A DNA stretch of 26,366 nucleotides from positions 1 to 26,366 of the forward strand of contig CAZIQC010000001.1 in assembly GCA_964541335.1 (NCBI GenBank). The letters run 5' to 3'. A program made the position numbers and the translations under genes. The stretch comes from an uncultured Oscillospiraceae bacterium (GTDB lineage Bacteria; Bacillota; Clostridia; UMGS1883). Of the stretch, positions 1 to 8,186 are shown piece after piece; within the stretch, counting starts at the first letter, position 1; each line of letters starts with the position of its first letter. The notes below the pieces were generated by a model. It did not search any database, had not been told where the DNA came from, and worked only from the letters and a program-made list of their open reading frames with translations.

Positions 1-1
1 A

Positions 2-145
2 GCAAGAGCGGCGCTCAAGGCTTACGCCGAAGAACGCAATATAAAAATACGGGGCACGTGCCGCCACATTTATGTTGAGGGACCGCCGCAACACAACGAC
101 CCGTCAAAATTCATAACGCAGATAATTTTACCGATAGAAGAATAA
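2..145 (+). CDS. 3' end of a partial CDS, probable GyrI-like effector-binding domain protein (MerR/BmrR-type regulator)
   Basis: Open frame from window edge: ARAALKAYAEERNIKIRGTCRHIYVEGPPQHNDPSKFITQIILPIEE*, TAA at 143-145. The IYVEGP...ITQIILPI pattern resembles GyrI-like C-termini. The N-terminus is outside the window. Confidence 0.5.
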   Translation, partial: ARAALKAYAEERNIKIRGTCRHIYVEGPPQHNDPSKFITQIILPIEE

Positions 146-155
146 AAAGAAAAAA

Positions 156-183
156 CGAGGTTGCGGCATATGCCGCAACCTCG
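156..183. terminator. Intrinsic terminator between convergent genes (perfect 28-bp palindrome)
   Basis: CGAGGTTGCGGCAT|ATGCCGCAACCTCG. The A-run at 144-155 gives a U-tract on the minus strand; the plus-strand tail (CACTTTC) is weaker. Confidence 0.8.
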
Positions 184-222
184 CACTTTCGCAACAAACA
201 GATAATCCCTAAGTAAAGGAGA

Positions 223-492
223 TTACTTATTTTTGGCAAAGCATTCGCTGCAATAGATGGGTCTGTCGTTCTTGGGAACGAACGGAACCTTTGCTTCTCC
301 GCCGCACTCGGCGCATACAGCAGTATACATCTCTCTGTTTTCTCTCAATGCAGCCTTCTTTGCAACTCTGCATTCCTTGCATCTCTGGGGCTCGTTCTGA
401 AACCCTTTTTCAGCGTAAAATTCCTGCTCACCCGCGGTAAACACGAATTCCTGTCCGCAATCCTTGCAGACGAGTGTCTTGTCTTCGTACAT
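223..492 (-). CDS. Small double zinc-ribbon protein (zf-trcl-like domain plus CxxC-x17-CxxC domain), function unknown
   Basis: 89 aa with four CxxC motifs (CKDC, CKEC, CAEC, CSEC); the last two are exactly 17 residues apart. RBS AAGGAGA (499-505) is 6 nt before the ATG. Confidence 0.9.
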   Translation of the reverse strand: MYEDKTLVCKDCGQEFVFTAGEQEFYAEKGFQNEPQRCKECRVAKKAALRENREMYTAVCAECGGEAKVPFVPKNDRPIYCSECFAKNK

Positions 493-572
493 TTTCGATC
501 TCCTTATCTTAGCTTAAAAATATTTCACCCCATACGGCTTGCACGCCGTAAACAGGCATATAGCATAAATAT

Positions 573-646
573 TGGAGCGGGTGACGGGAATCGAACCCGC
601 GTAGCCTGCTTGGGAAGCAGGAACTCTGCCATTGAGCTACACCCGC
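573..646 (-). tRNA. tRNA-Gly, anticodon CCC, CCA encoded
   Basis: 74 nt GCGGGTGTAGCTCAATGGCAGAGTTCCTGCTTCCCAAGCAGGCTACGCGGGTTCGATTCCCGTCACCCGCTCCA. Acceptor GCGGGTG/CACCCGC, anticodon stem CCTGC/GCAGG, loop TTCCCAA, TTCGATT T-loop, U73 discriminator. Confidence 0.97.
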
Positions 647-652
647 AAGCAA

Positions 653-1285
653 TCATTCCGCGGAAGCGGCAATCCTTTCAAGCTTTTTTTTCACACGTGT
701 GAGAGCATTGTCAACGGATTTTGCCTCTTTCCCCAGCTTGTCCGCAATGTCGGTATAGCCGTACCCCTTAAGATAGTAGGACAACACCACCAACTCAAAA
801 TCGGACAAAGTTTCGTTCATTTTTTTGCTGAGATTACCCGCCTTTTCCTTTTCCAAAACTATTTGCTCGGGATTGCGGTTCTCATCATATGCAAGCACCT
901 CGCCCAAGGAGGAGGCTTCATCCTCTCCCGAAAGCGGCTTGTTGAGCGAAACATATGAATTTAACGGCGAGTGTTTTTTTCGGGTTGCATTTTTAACCGC
1001 GGTCAAAATCTGACGCAACACGCAAACCTCCGCAAAGGTTTTAAACGTGCCGCCCTGCCCGTCGCGAAAATCCCGCACCGCTTTAAAGAAGCCGATAATA
1101 CCCTCCTGGATAATATCGTCGCGATCCGCGCCGACTATAAAATAAGGCGATGCCTTGCCGCGCACAAAGCTGCGATACCTGTCCAAAAGCTGTTCAAAGG
1201 CTCTGTCATCCCCGTTTTGTGCGGCAATGACCAAACGCTCGTCACTGAAGGAAGCGAACGACGCCGCAGAATCCGTCGTACACAT
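653..1285 (-). CDS. sigH: RNA polymerase sigma-H factor (Spo0H)
   Basis: About 210 aa sigma-70 group protein with SigH hallmarks (YFIVGADRDDIIQEG, RKKHSPLNSYVSL, KSVDNALTRVKKKL). Start moved from 1300 to ATG 1285 because GGAGG (1294-1298) lies 8 nt upstream. Confidence 0.92.
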   Translation of the reverse strand: MCTTDSAASFASFSDERLVIAAQNGDDRAFEQLLDRYRSFVRGKASPYFIVGADRDDIIQEGIIGFFKAVRDFRDGQGGTFKTFAEVCVLRQILTAVKNATRKKHSPLNSYVSLNKPLSGEDEASSLGEVLAYDENRNPEQIVLEKEKAGNLSKKMNETLSDFELVVLSYYLKGYGYTDIADKLGKEAKSVDNALTRVKKKLERIAASAE

Positions 1286-1309
1286 ACAAAACGCCTCCAT
1301 TCACACTTA

Positions 1310-1338
1310 ACTATAACACCCCAAAAGAGGATTGTCAA
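1310..1338 (-). promoter_or_regulatory. sigmaA-type promoter of sigH
   Basis: TTGACA (1333-1338), 17-nt spacer, TATAGT (1310-1315), with extended -10 TG. Confidence 0.85.
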
Positions 1339-1339
1339 G

Positions 1340-1386
1340 AAAAAAATGCTTGCACACGCCCAAAAAAGCCCCGTGCAAGCATTTTT
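1340..1386 (-). terminator. Probable intrinsic terminator of uppP-ftsK, abutting the sigH -35
   Basis: 14-bp arms AAAAATGCTTGCAC (1342-1355) / GTGCAAGCATTTTT (1373-1386), 17-nt loop, ending in a 7-U run on the minus strand. Confidence 0.6.
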
Positions 1387-1420
1387 CGATTGCTTTGCGC
1401 ACCGCGCGCGGGGAAAACGG

Positions 1421-3868
1421 CTACTCCTCGTCGGTGGGATTGGCGCACATTTCCAAATATTCCGCGCGACTCATCAAAACTCTGCGCGGCTTACTGCCCT
1501 CGTGCGGTCCGATAATGCCGCGCTCCTCAAGCTGATCGACCAGCCGCCCCGCGCGTGCATAGCCGATTTTGAGCTTTCTTTGCAAAAGTGATACGCTTGC
1601 CTGAGCGCTTTCCACAACAATTTCAATCGCCTGGGGCAACAGCTCGTCCGCCGCGGAATCGTCCGCGGGGGCGGCATCCTGCTCGGCGCCGTTTTCGATA
1701 TGCTCTATAATATCCTCGTTGTAGTGAACGTCTATACCCTGCTTTACGAACTCCACAATACGCTCAACCTCTTTATCGGACACAAAAGCTCCCTGTATGC
1801 GCTTGGGCTTGCTTGCGCCCATCGGCAAAAACAGCATATCGCCCTTGCCCAGGAGCTTTTCCGCACCGCCCATATCCAAAATGGTGCGGCTGTCAATCTG
1901 ACTGGAAACGGAGAACGCAATTCTGCTCGGCACGTTTGCCTTGATAAGACCCGTGATTACGTCTACCGAGGGGCGCTGTGTTGCGATAACCAGGTGCATA
2001 CCCGCGGCACGTGCCATTTGCGCAAGACGGCAGATGGCGTCCTCAACGTCGTGCGGGCTGACCATCATCAGGTCGGCAAGCTCGTCTATAATAATAATAA
2101 TCTGCTCCATTTCACGCTCGCCGTTTAGGGCGGCGTATTCGTTATAGCCCTTAATGTCGCGCACGTTGCAATCGGCAAAGGTGCGGTAGCGTTTAACCAT
2201 TTCCTGTACCGCCCAATTAAGCGCACCCGCCGCGCGCCGCGGGTCGGTAACAACCGGGATAAGAAGGTGCGGTATTCCGTTGTAAACGCCCAGCTCAACA
2301 ACTTTCGGATCGATGAGAATAAGCTTTACGCGGTTGGGATCGGCTTTGTAGAGAATACTTGTTATAAGCGAATTTATGCACACACTCTTACCGCTGCCCG
2401 TAGCGCCCGCAATAAGCATATGCGGCATTTTCGAAATGTCGGACACAACCGCCTGCCCCGACATATCCTTGCCCATTGCAAAAGCTGTTTTGGACTTGAA
2501 ATTCTTAAACTCCTCGCTGTCGATAACGTCGCGCAGGCAAACAACGGAGGTGGTTTTGTTGGGGATTTCAATTCCGACGGCCGCCTTGCCGGGAATGGGC
2601 GCTTCTATGCGAACGCCGAACGCCGCAAGGTTAAGCGCAATGTCATCCGCCAGGTTTACGATTTTGCTCACCTTAACTCCCGCCGAGGGCTGAAGCTCAA
2701 ACCTCGTTACGCTCGGTCCTTTGCTTACCTCGAGCACCTTTGCCTCCACGCCGAAGCTGTGCAGTGTTTCAACCAGCTTTTTTGCCTGGGTGCGCAAATC
2801 TTCGGGACGGTCGCCCCCGCTTTGCGCGGGCTTGTCCTTTTGCAAAAGGTCGATGGGGGGAAAAGTGTAATCTATGTAGTCGTTGTCGATATCCTCGTCG
2901 GTCAATTCTATGGGGGTGTTATCCTCTTTCTTTTTTTCGGTGCCGCCCGAGCTTTCAAGGGCAAGCTTTTTTACATCCTCGGGAATTTCCGCCCCAGCGA
3001 CGGGCTTTTTGTCGTAAACGTTGATTTTAAACTCCTGCGCCTCGCCGCCCGCTTCAATCTCGGAGGGGGCGACCTCTTTTTCGGGAATGGACTTTTTCTT
3101 CTTTTTGTGCTTTTCGTCGTGCGGGGGTGCGTCCTCCGCGGAAGCCCCCGTTATTTTTACCTCATCGGCGGCTTTTTGTGCGGCCTCGCGCTCGTCCATA
3201 ATATCCTCGGCAAAAAGCTTTATTTTCGAGCCTATGAGCCGAGCAAGGCGCGTCAGCGGTTCAAGCCCTGTTGCCGTGACAAAGCATATGAGCATAAGGC
3301 AAACCAAAATCACGCATATGCCGACGGGTGACACAAGTGCGCAAAAGGGGATTGAAAGAAGCGCCCCGACAAACCCGCCGGACTGCGCGTCGACAACACT
3401 GCTGAGGTAAATTGTTTCTATCGTGCCGCCGTCAAACAGGGCGGTGTTGTGCGTGTAATAATAAAGCGTGTGAAGCGCGCTTATGCACATTACCCCCAGG
3501 GAGGCAAAAACGTATCTGTGCTTATGCGGCGAAAGCGTTCCCGTAAAAAAGATATGTACCGTTGCCGCAATAACCAAAATCGGAGCGAAATAAGCCTCAA
3601 CTCCGAAAAGCGCAAAGCCCAAAAGCTTTAACAAACGTCCTATTATGCCGAAAGCGTTGAAATAGTACGAAAGCACCAGCACCAACGACGCGAAAATAAG
3701 CACAATGCGCGTAACCTCGCGGTTGAGCCGCTTGGAAACGGAGGCGTTGCGCGTGCTGCGCGCCTTGCCGCCTTGCCGCGGAGAACGGCTTTGCAATGCC
3801 TTGCCCGAGGGCGAGGCTTTTTTCCGAGCCGTGCCCGACGGCTTTTTTGCTGTTGTTTTTTTATTCAT
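1421..3868 (-). CDS. ftsK: FtsK/SpoIIIE DNA translocase
   Basis: 815 aa: basic N-tail, hydrophobic TM segments, charged linker, Walker A GATGSGKS, Walker B IIIIDELADLM, ATQRPSVDVITG, C-terminal gamma domain (SLLQRKLKIGYARAGRLVDQLEERGIIG). RBS GGAGGG. Confidence 0.97.
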   Translation of the reverse strand: MNKKTTAKKPSGTARKKASPSGKALQSRSPRQGGKARSTRNASVSKRLNREVTRIVLIFASLVLVLSYYFNAFGIIGRLLKLLGFALFGVEAYFAPILVIAATVHIFFTGTLSPHKHRYVFASLGVMCISALHTLYYYTHNTALFDGGTIETIYLSSVVDAQSGGFVGALLSIPFCALVSPVGICVILVCLMLICFVTATGLEPLTRLARLIGSKIKLFAEDIMDEREAAQKAADEVKITGASAEDAPPHDEKHKKKKKSIPEKEVAPSEIEAGGEAQEFKINVYDKKPVAGAEIPEDVKKLALESSGGTEKKKEDNTPIELTDEDIDNDYIDYTFPPIDLLQKDKPAQSGGDRPEDLRTQAKKLVETLHSFGVEAKVLEVSKGPSVTRFELQPSAGVKVSKIVNLADDIALNLAAFGVRIEAPIPGKAAVGIEIPNKTTSVVCLRDVIDSEEFKNFKSKTAFAMGKDMSGQAVVSDISKMPHMLIAGATGSGKSVCINSLITSILYKADPNRVKLILIDPKVVELGVYNGIPHLLIPVVTDPRRAAGALNWAVQEMVKRYRTFADCNVRDIKGYNEYAALNGEREMEQIIIIIDELADLMMVSPHDVEDAICRLAQMARAAGMHLVIATQRPSVDVITGLIKANVPSRIAFSVSSQIDSRTILDMGGAEKLLGKGDMLFLPMGASKPKRIQGAFVSDKEVERIVEFVKQGIDVHYNEDIIEHIENGAEQDAAPADDSAADELLPQAIEIVVESAQASVSLLQRKLKIGYARAGRLVDQLEERGIIGPHEGSKPRRVLMSRAEYLEMCANPTDEE

Positions 3869-3883
3869 CGATTTCCCTCCGCA

Positions 3884-4717
3884 TTAAAGAACAAAATTAA
3901 GAATTACGGAAGCCGCACCCGCGGCAAGGCAGTAATACGCAAAGTACCCAAGCTTGCTTTTTTGTACGATTTGCAATAAAAATTTAATGGCAAAATAACC
4001 GCTCAACGCGGCGGTAAGCATTCCCACCGCCACACAGGGAAGAGAAAAGACCTGCGCACCCGCGGAAAAAATATCCTTTAAATCAAGCACCAGCGCACCG
4101 AGAATGGCGGGTATCGAAAGCAAAAACGAAAACCGCACGGCGGTTTCCTTGGAAAGCCCGCCAAAAAGCCCGCCGACGATTGTGCTGCCGCTGCGGCTTA
4201 TGCCGGGAAGCGTGCCCAAGCCCTGAAAACAGCCCACAAGCAATGCTTGCGAATACTTCATTTTATCGAGCGGCGTATCTCCGCCGCGAATACGCTCGCT
4301 TACGAAAAGCAACGCCGCCGTAATAAAAAGAAACACGCCTATTTGCCAAAGCCGCGGATTTTCTATTATGTTTCCGAGAGTGAGCGCCGCCGCAACCGCG
4401 GGAAGCGTGCCTATAATAAGCATAACTATAAGCCGCCTGTACGGATATTCCGAAAGGCGCGCCCCCCTTTTGCGAAGCATATCCGACAGCATTTGAAAAA
4501 ACGCCGCAATAAGCTCTTTTATATCGCTTCGAAAAGCGATAAACACCGCCGCAAGAGTTGCCACGTGCAATAAAATGTTGAAAGAAAGAAGACCGACCGC
4601 CTCCGTATCAATGCCCATAATATGCCCGAAAATTGCCAAATGTCCCGAGCTTGAAACGGGCAAAAACTCGCTTAACCCTTGCACAAGCCCCAAAATAAAG
4701 GCGTTAAAAACCGTCAT
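3884..4717 (-). CDS. uppP: Undecaprenyl-diphosphate phosphatase (BacA/UppP)
   Basis: QGLSEFLPVSSSGHL and PGISRSGST motifs, polytopic membrane protein. Start moved to ATG 4717 (MTVFNAFILG) after a GGGGG RBS; the ORF-track extension to 4855 runs through promoter DNA. Confidence 0.95.
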   Translation of the reverse strand: MTVFNAFILGLVQGLSEFLPVSSSGHLAIFGHIMGIDTEAVGLLSFNILLHVATLAAVFIAFRSDIKELIAAFFQMLSDMLRKRGARLSEYPYRRLIVMLIIGTLPAVAAALTLGNIIENPRLWQIGVFLFITAALLFVSERIRGGDTPLDKMKYSQALLVGCFQGLGTLPGISRSGSTIVGGLFGGLSKETAVRFSFLLSIPAILGALVLDLKDIFSAGAQVFSLPCVAVGMLTAALSGYFAIKFLLQIVQKSKLGYFAYYCLAAGAASVILNFVL

Positions 4718-4848
4718 ACAAAAACCCCCGAAAAACAGTATTTTAATAATTCTATCACAATCCGTGCAAAAAATCCACTGTTTTTTTGCACGGAAAAAAG
4801 CATTTCGGGTGCACGGCTCAATAAATTGCGATTTTAAAATAAAAGTTG

Positions 4849-4877
4849 TGGACAAGTAATTTGTCGTGTGATAAAAT
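4849..4877 (+). promoter_or_regulatory. sigmaA-type promoter of valS
   Basis: TGGACA (4849-4854), 17-nt spacer, TAAAAT (4872-4877), preceded by extended -10 TG. Confidence 0.7.
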
Positions 4878-4974
4878 AACAGAATACGGCGGTATGCCCA
4901 CAGCCGAAAAAAAGATTAACGGGGAAATGCCCGTTTAGATTGCATGCGAATAATTTTTGAAAGGATTTGATACC

Positions 4975-7596
4975 TTGAAAAATCTTGAAAAAACCTATAA
5001 CCCGTCCGAAATTGAGGACAGGCTGTATCAAAAATGGGTGGAGAGGGGTTATTTCCACGCTTCGCCCGATCCGGAAAAGGAACCGTACACCATCGTAATT
5101 CCGCCGCCGAACGTTACGGGGCAACTTCATATGGGACACGCGCTTGACGAAACGCTTCAGGATATACTTATACGCTATCGGCGTATGCAGGGCTACAGTG
5201 CGCTGTGGATACCCGGCACCGACCATGCGGGAATTGCCACACAGATTAAGGTGGAGGAAAGCCTGCGCGTAAACGAGAATCTTACGCGCCACGACCTCGG
5301 GCGGGAAAAGTTTTTGGACCGCGTTTGGGATTGGAAAAACCGCTTCGGCGACCGCATTATAAATCAGCTTAAGAAGCTCGGTTGCTCGTGCGATTGGGAG
5401 CGCGAACGCTTTACGATGGACGAGGGCTGCTCCAAGGCTGTGCGCGAGGTGTTTGTAAACCTTTACGAAAAAGGGCTTATCTATCGCGGAAACAAAATCA
5501 TAAATTGGTGTCCGAGCTGTGCCACCGCTCTGTCCGATGCGGAGGTTGAATATACCGAGCAGCCGGGGCATTTTTGGCATATTCGCTATAAGCTTACCGA
5601 CGCGGACGGTTATATAGAAATTGCAACCACCCGTCCTGAGACGCTTCTCGGAGATACCGCAATAGCCGTGCACCCGGAGGACGAAAGGTATCGCGCACTT
5701 ATCGGCAAAACGTGCATTTTGCCGCTTGTCGGGCGTGAAATTCCCATAGTGGCGGACGAATACGTTGAAAAGGACTTCGGCACGGGTGCGGTAAAAATAA
5801 CGCCCGCGCACGACCCCAACGATTTTGAGGTGGGCTTGCGCCACAATCTCGAGGTTATAAACATAATGAACCCCGATGCCACAATAAATGCCAACGGCGG
5901 AAAATACGAAGGACTCGATCGCTATGCGGCGCGCGAAAAAATCGTTGAAGATTTGGAAAAGTGCGGTGCACTTCTGCGTGTGGAGGACTATGCGCATAAT
6001 GTGGGCGAATGTTACCGTTGCAAAACAACCGTAGAGCCGCTTACCAGCGACCAGTGGTTTGTTAAAATGAAGCCGCTTGCCGAAGAGGCAATACGCGTTG
6101 TAAAGGACGGCGAGGTTACTTTTGTTCCCGAGCGTTTCACGAAAACATATCTCAACTGGATGGAAAACGTGCACGACTGGTGCATATCGCGTCAACTTTG
6201 GTGGGGACACAGAATTCCCGCATTTTATTGCGACGCTTGCGGGGAAACGGTTGTCAGCAAAGAGAACGTAACGGTATGCCCCGTGTGCGGAGCACCCGTG
6301 CGCCAGGAGGAGGACGTGCTCGACACGTGGTTTTCGTCGGCATTGTGGCCGTTTTCAACGCTCGGCTGGCCTGAAAATACCGAGGAGCTTGGGTATTATT
6401 ATCCCACAAGTACGCTCGTTACCGGCTACGACATAATCTTTTTCTGGGTGGCACGTATGATATTCAGCGGCTGTGAGCATATGAAAAAGCCCCCCTTTAA
6501 GCACGTTTTCCTGCACGGAATTGTGCGCGACAGCCAAGGTCGAAAGATGAGTAAATCCCTCGGTAACGGCATAGACCCGCTGGAGGTAATCGACAAATAC
6601 GGGGCGGACGCGCTTCGCTTTACGCTTGCAACGGGTAATTCCCCCGGAAACGATATGCGCTTTTATTGGGAGCGTGTGGAATCGAGCCGCAATTTTGCCA
6701 ACAAAATATGGAATGCCGCGCGCTTTGTGCTTATGAACCTTGAGGTAACGGACTGCTCGCTTCCGAAAAACCCCGAGCTTTCGGACAAATGGATAATTTC
6801 AAGATACAACAGCGTGGTCAGGACTGTTACGGAAAACCTTGATAAGTTTGAGCTTGGCGTTGCGCTGGGAAACCTGTATGATTTTATATGGGACGAGCTG
6901 TGCGATTGGTATATCGAGCTTGTAAAACCGCGACTTTACGGCGAAAACACCGACAGCAAGCTTGATGCGCAGCACACACTGTGCTATGTTTTGTCGGGTG
7001 TGCTGAAGCTTTTGCACCCGTTTATGCCCTTTATTACCGAGGAAATATTCTGCTCGCTTCCCACGGGAGAGGAGAGCATTGTTACCTCGCAATGGCCCTT
7101 GTACACGCCGTCGCTTTCGTTCCCCGAGGCGGAAAAGAAAATGTCGGTAATATGCAATGCAATAAAAAGCGTGCGCAATTTGCGCAGTGAGATGAACGTT
7201 GTTCCCTCCAAAAAGGCAAGTATGTTTATCATTACGGAAGATACCGAGCTTTTTGAGAGCGGAATTCCGTTTTACGAAAAGCTTGCGGGCGCAAAGGATG
7301 TAACCGTAGCCCGAGATGCCGCCGTTGTACCCGAGGGTGCGGTAAGCGTTGTTGTGGAGGGCGCGAAAATCTTTATGCCGATGGGCGAGCTTATCGACAC
7401 GGAAAAGGAGAGAGCGCGCTTAAACAAGGAACGCGAGCGACTGGAGGCGGAGATAGACCGCGTTGAGAAAAAGCTTGCAAACCGCGGTTTTGTGGAAAAA
7501 GCCCCCGCCAAGCTGATAGAAGAAGAAAAGGCAAAGGGCGTAAAGTACAGAGAAATGTACGAAAAGGTTACGGAAAGCTTAAAAGCCTTAAAATAA
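4975..7596 (+). CDS. valS: Valine--tRNA ligase
   Basis: Class I motifs [13 protein letters not shown] (HIGH) and [30 protein letters not shown]-terminal coiled coil ([13 protein letters not shown]). Likely TTG start at 4975 after GAAAGGA. Confidence 0.98.
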   Translation: MKNLEKTYNPSEIEDRLYQKWVERGYFHASPDPEKEPYTIVIPPPNVTGQLHMGHALDETLQDILIRYRRMQGYSALWIPGTDHAGIATQIKVEESLRVNENLTRHDLGREKFLDRVWDWKNRFGDRIINQLKKLGCSCDWERERFTMDEGCSKAVREVFVNLYEKGLIYRGNKIINWCPSCATALSDAEVEYTEQPGHFWHIRYKLTDADGYIEIATTRPETLLGDTAIAVHPEDERYRALIGKTCILPLVGREIPIVADEYVEKDFGTGAVKITPAHDPNDFEVGLRHNLEVINIMNPDATINANGGKYEGLDRYAAREKIVEDLEKCGALLRVEDYAHNVGECYRCKTTVEPLTSDQWFVKMKPLAEEAIRVVKDGEVTFVPERFTKTYLNWMENVHDWCISRQLWWGHRIPAFYCDACGETVVSKENVTVCPVCGAPVRQEEDVLDTWFSSALWPFSTLGWPENTEELGYYYPTSTLVTGYDIIFFWVARMIFSGCEHMKKPPFKHVFLHGIVRDSQGRKMSKSLGNGIDPLEVIDKYGADALRFTLATGNSPGNDMRFYWERVESSRNFANKIWNAARFVLMNLEVTDCSLPKNPELSDKWIISRYNSVVRTVTENLDKFELGVALGNLYDFIWDELCDWYIELVKPRLYGENTDSKLDAQHTLCYVLSGVLKLLHPFMPFITEEIFCSLPTGEESIVTSQWPLYTPSLSFPEAEKKMSVICNAIKSVRNLRSEMNVVPSKKASMFIITEDTELFESGIPFYEKLAGAKDVTVARDAAVVPEGAVSVVVEGAKIFMPMGELIDTEKERARLNKERERLEAEIDRVEKKLANRGFVEKAPAKLIEEEKAKGVKYREMYEKVTESLKALK

Positions 7597-7609
7597 AAAA
7601 CAACAAGAA

Positions 7610-7647
7610 TAAAGCGGCTGTAAAAACGAATTTTTACAGCCGCTTTA
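7610..7647. terminator. Bidirectional intrinsic terminator between valS and the convergent operon
   Basis: Perfect 17-bp arms TAAAGCGGCTGTAAAAA / TTTTTACAGCCGCTTTA around a CGAA loop, T-rich tails on both strands. Confidence 0.88.
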
Positions 7648-7661
7648 AATTTTCATATGCT

Positions 7662-8186
7662 TTAATATTTTACAATGTAATCCGCCGATATGTCCCATTC
7701 GTCCGCAAATACGCAATCGAGCACCAGCCTTGCGTGCACAAGCCCGATTTTGCGGGCGGGGCAGTGCACAAAAAAGCGGTCGTAATAACCCTTTCCCATA
7801 CCGAGGCGCGTTCCGTTTTTTTCGTATGCCGCGGCGGGAATAACGGCAATATCTATGCTTTCGGGCGGGAACGGATCGCCGCCCGACGGGCAATATATGC
7901 CGAACTCGCCCACTTCAAGCTCGCTTAAGGAATGAAGCGATACCGCACACATATTTCCGCACAGGTCGGTGCATTTCGGCACAAGAAGCGTTTTGCCAGA
8001 GGAAAGTATTTCCTCCAAAAGCGCGTGCGTGCCTATTTCACTGCCGAATGACACATAGCAAAAAACGCTTTTTGCCGCGGCAAATTCTTTTATATGCGCA
8101 AAATCGGTTATGTGAGCTTCCCTGTGGGGAAGCGTTTTTCGTAAAGAAAGACATTCGGAACGCAGTGCCGCCTTTTGCTTATTCAT
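7662..8186 (-). CDS. 5-formyltetrahydrofolate cyclo-ligase
   Basis: K..LRSECLSLR start, YVSFGSEIGT, DIAVIPAAAYEKNGTRLGMGKGYYDRF, DEWDISADYIV. Start is ATG 8186 or 8192, overlapping the rpe stop. Confidence 0.9.
   Translation of the reverse strand: MNKQKAALRSECLSLRKTLPHREAHITDFAHIKEFAAAKSVFCYVSFGSEIGTHALLEEILSSGKTLLVPKCTDLCGNMCAVSLHSLSELEVGEFGIYCPSGGDPFPPESIDIAVIPAAAYEKNGTRLGMGKGYYDRFFVHCPARKIGLVHARLVLDCVFADEWDISADYIVKY

Noticed and set aside
573-600. tRNA 3' end as an integration site for a mobile element
   Set aside because: No duplicated tRNA 3' segment, integrase or compositional break is visible in the window.
654-676. AGGA...GAAT on the minus strand at the end of sigH as a possible sigmaH promoter for the tRNA
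   Set aside because: Only 14 nt between AGGA and GAAT; the B. subtilis sigmaH consensus needs about 17-18.
686-714. TTGACA inside the sigH 3' end as an internal tRNA promoter
   Set aside because: The -10 position reads AAAAAA; the hexamer is explained by conserved Val-Asp-Asn codons.
2267-3331. 354-aa plus-strand ORF inside ftsK, and similar 200-250 aa ORFs inside pknB, rsmB, fmt and livM
   Set aside because: All fully overlap well-supported genes on the opposite strand and lack family signatures.
4834-6210. 458-aa antisense ORF over valS
   Set aside because: Exactly in codon register with valS, so it stays open only because valS seldom uses TTA/CTA/TCA; no RBS or recognisable motifs. Shadow ORF.
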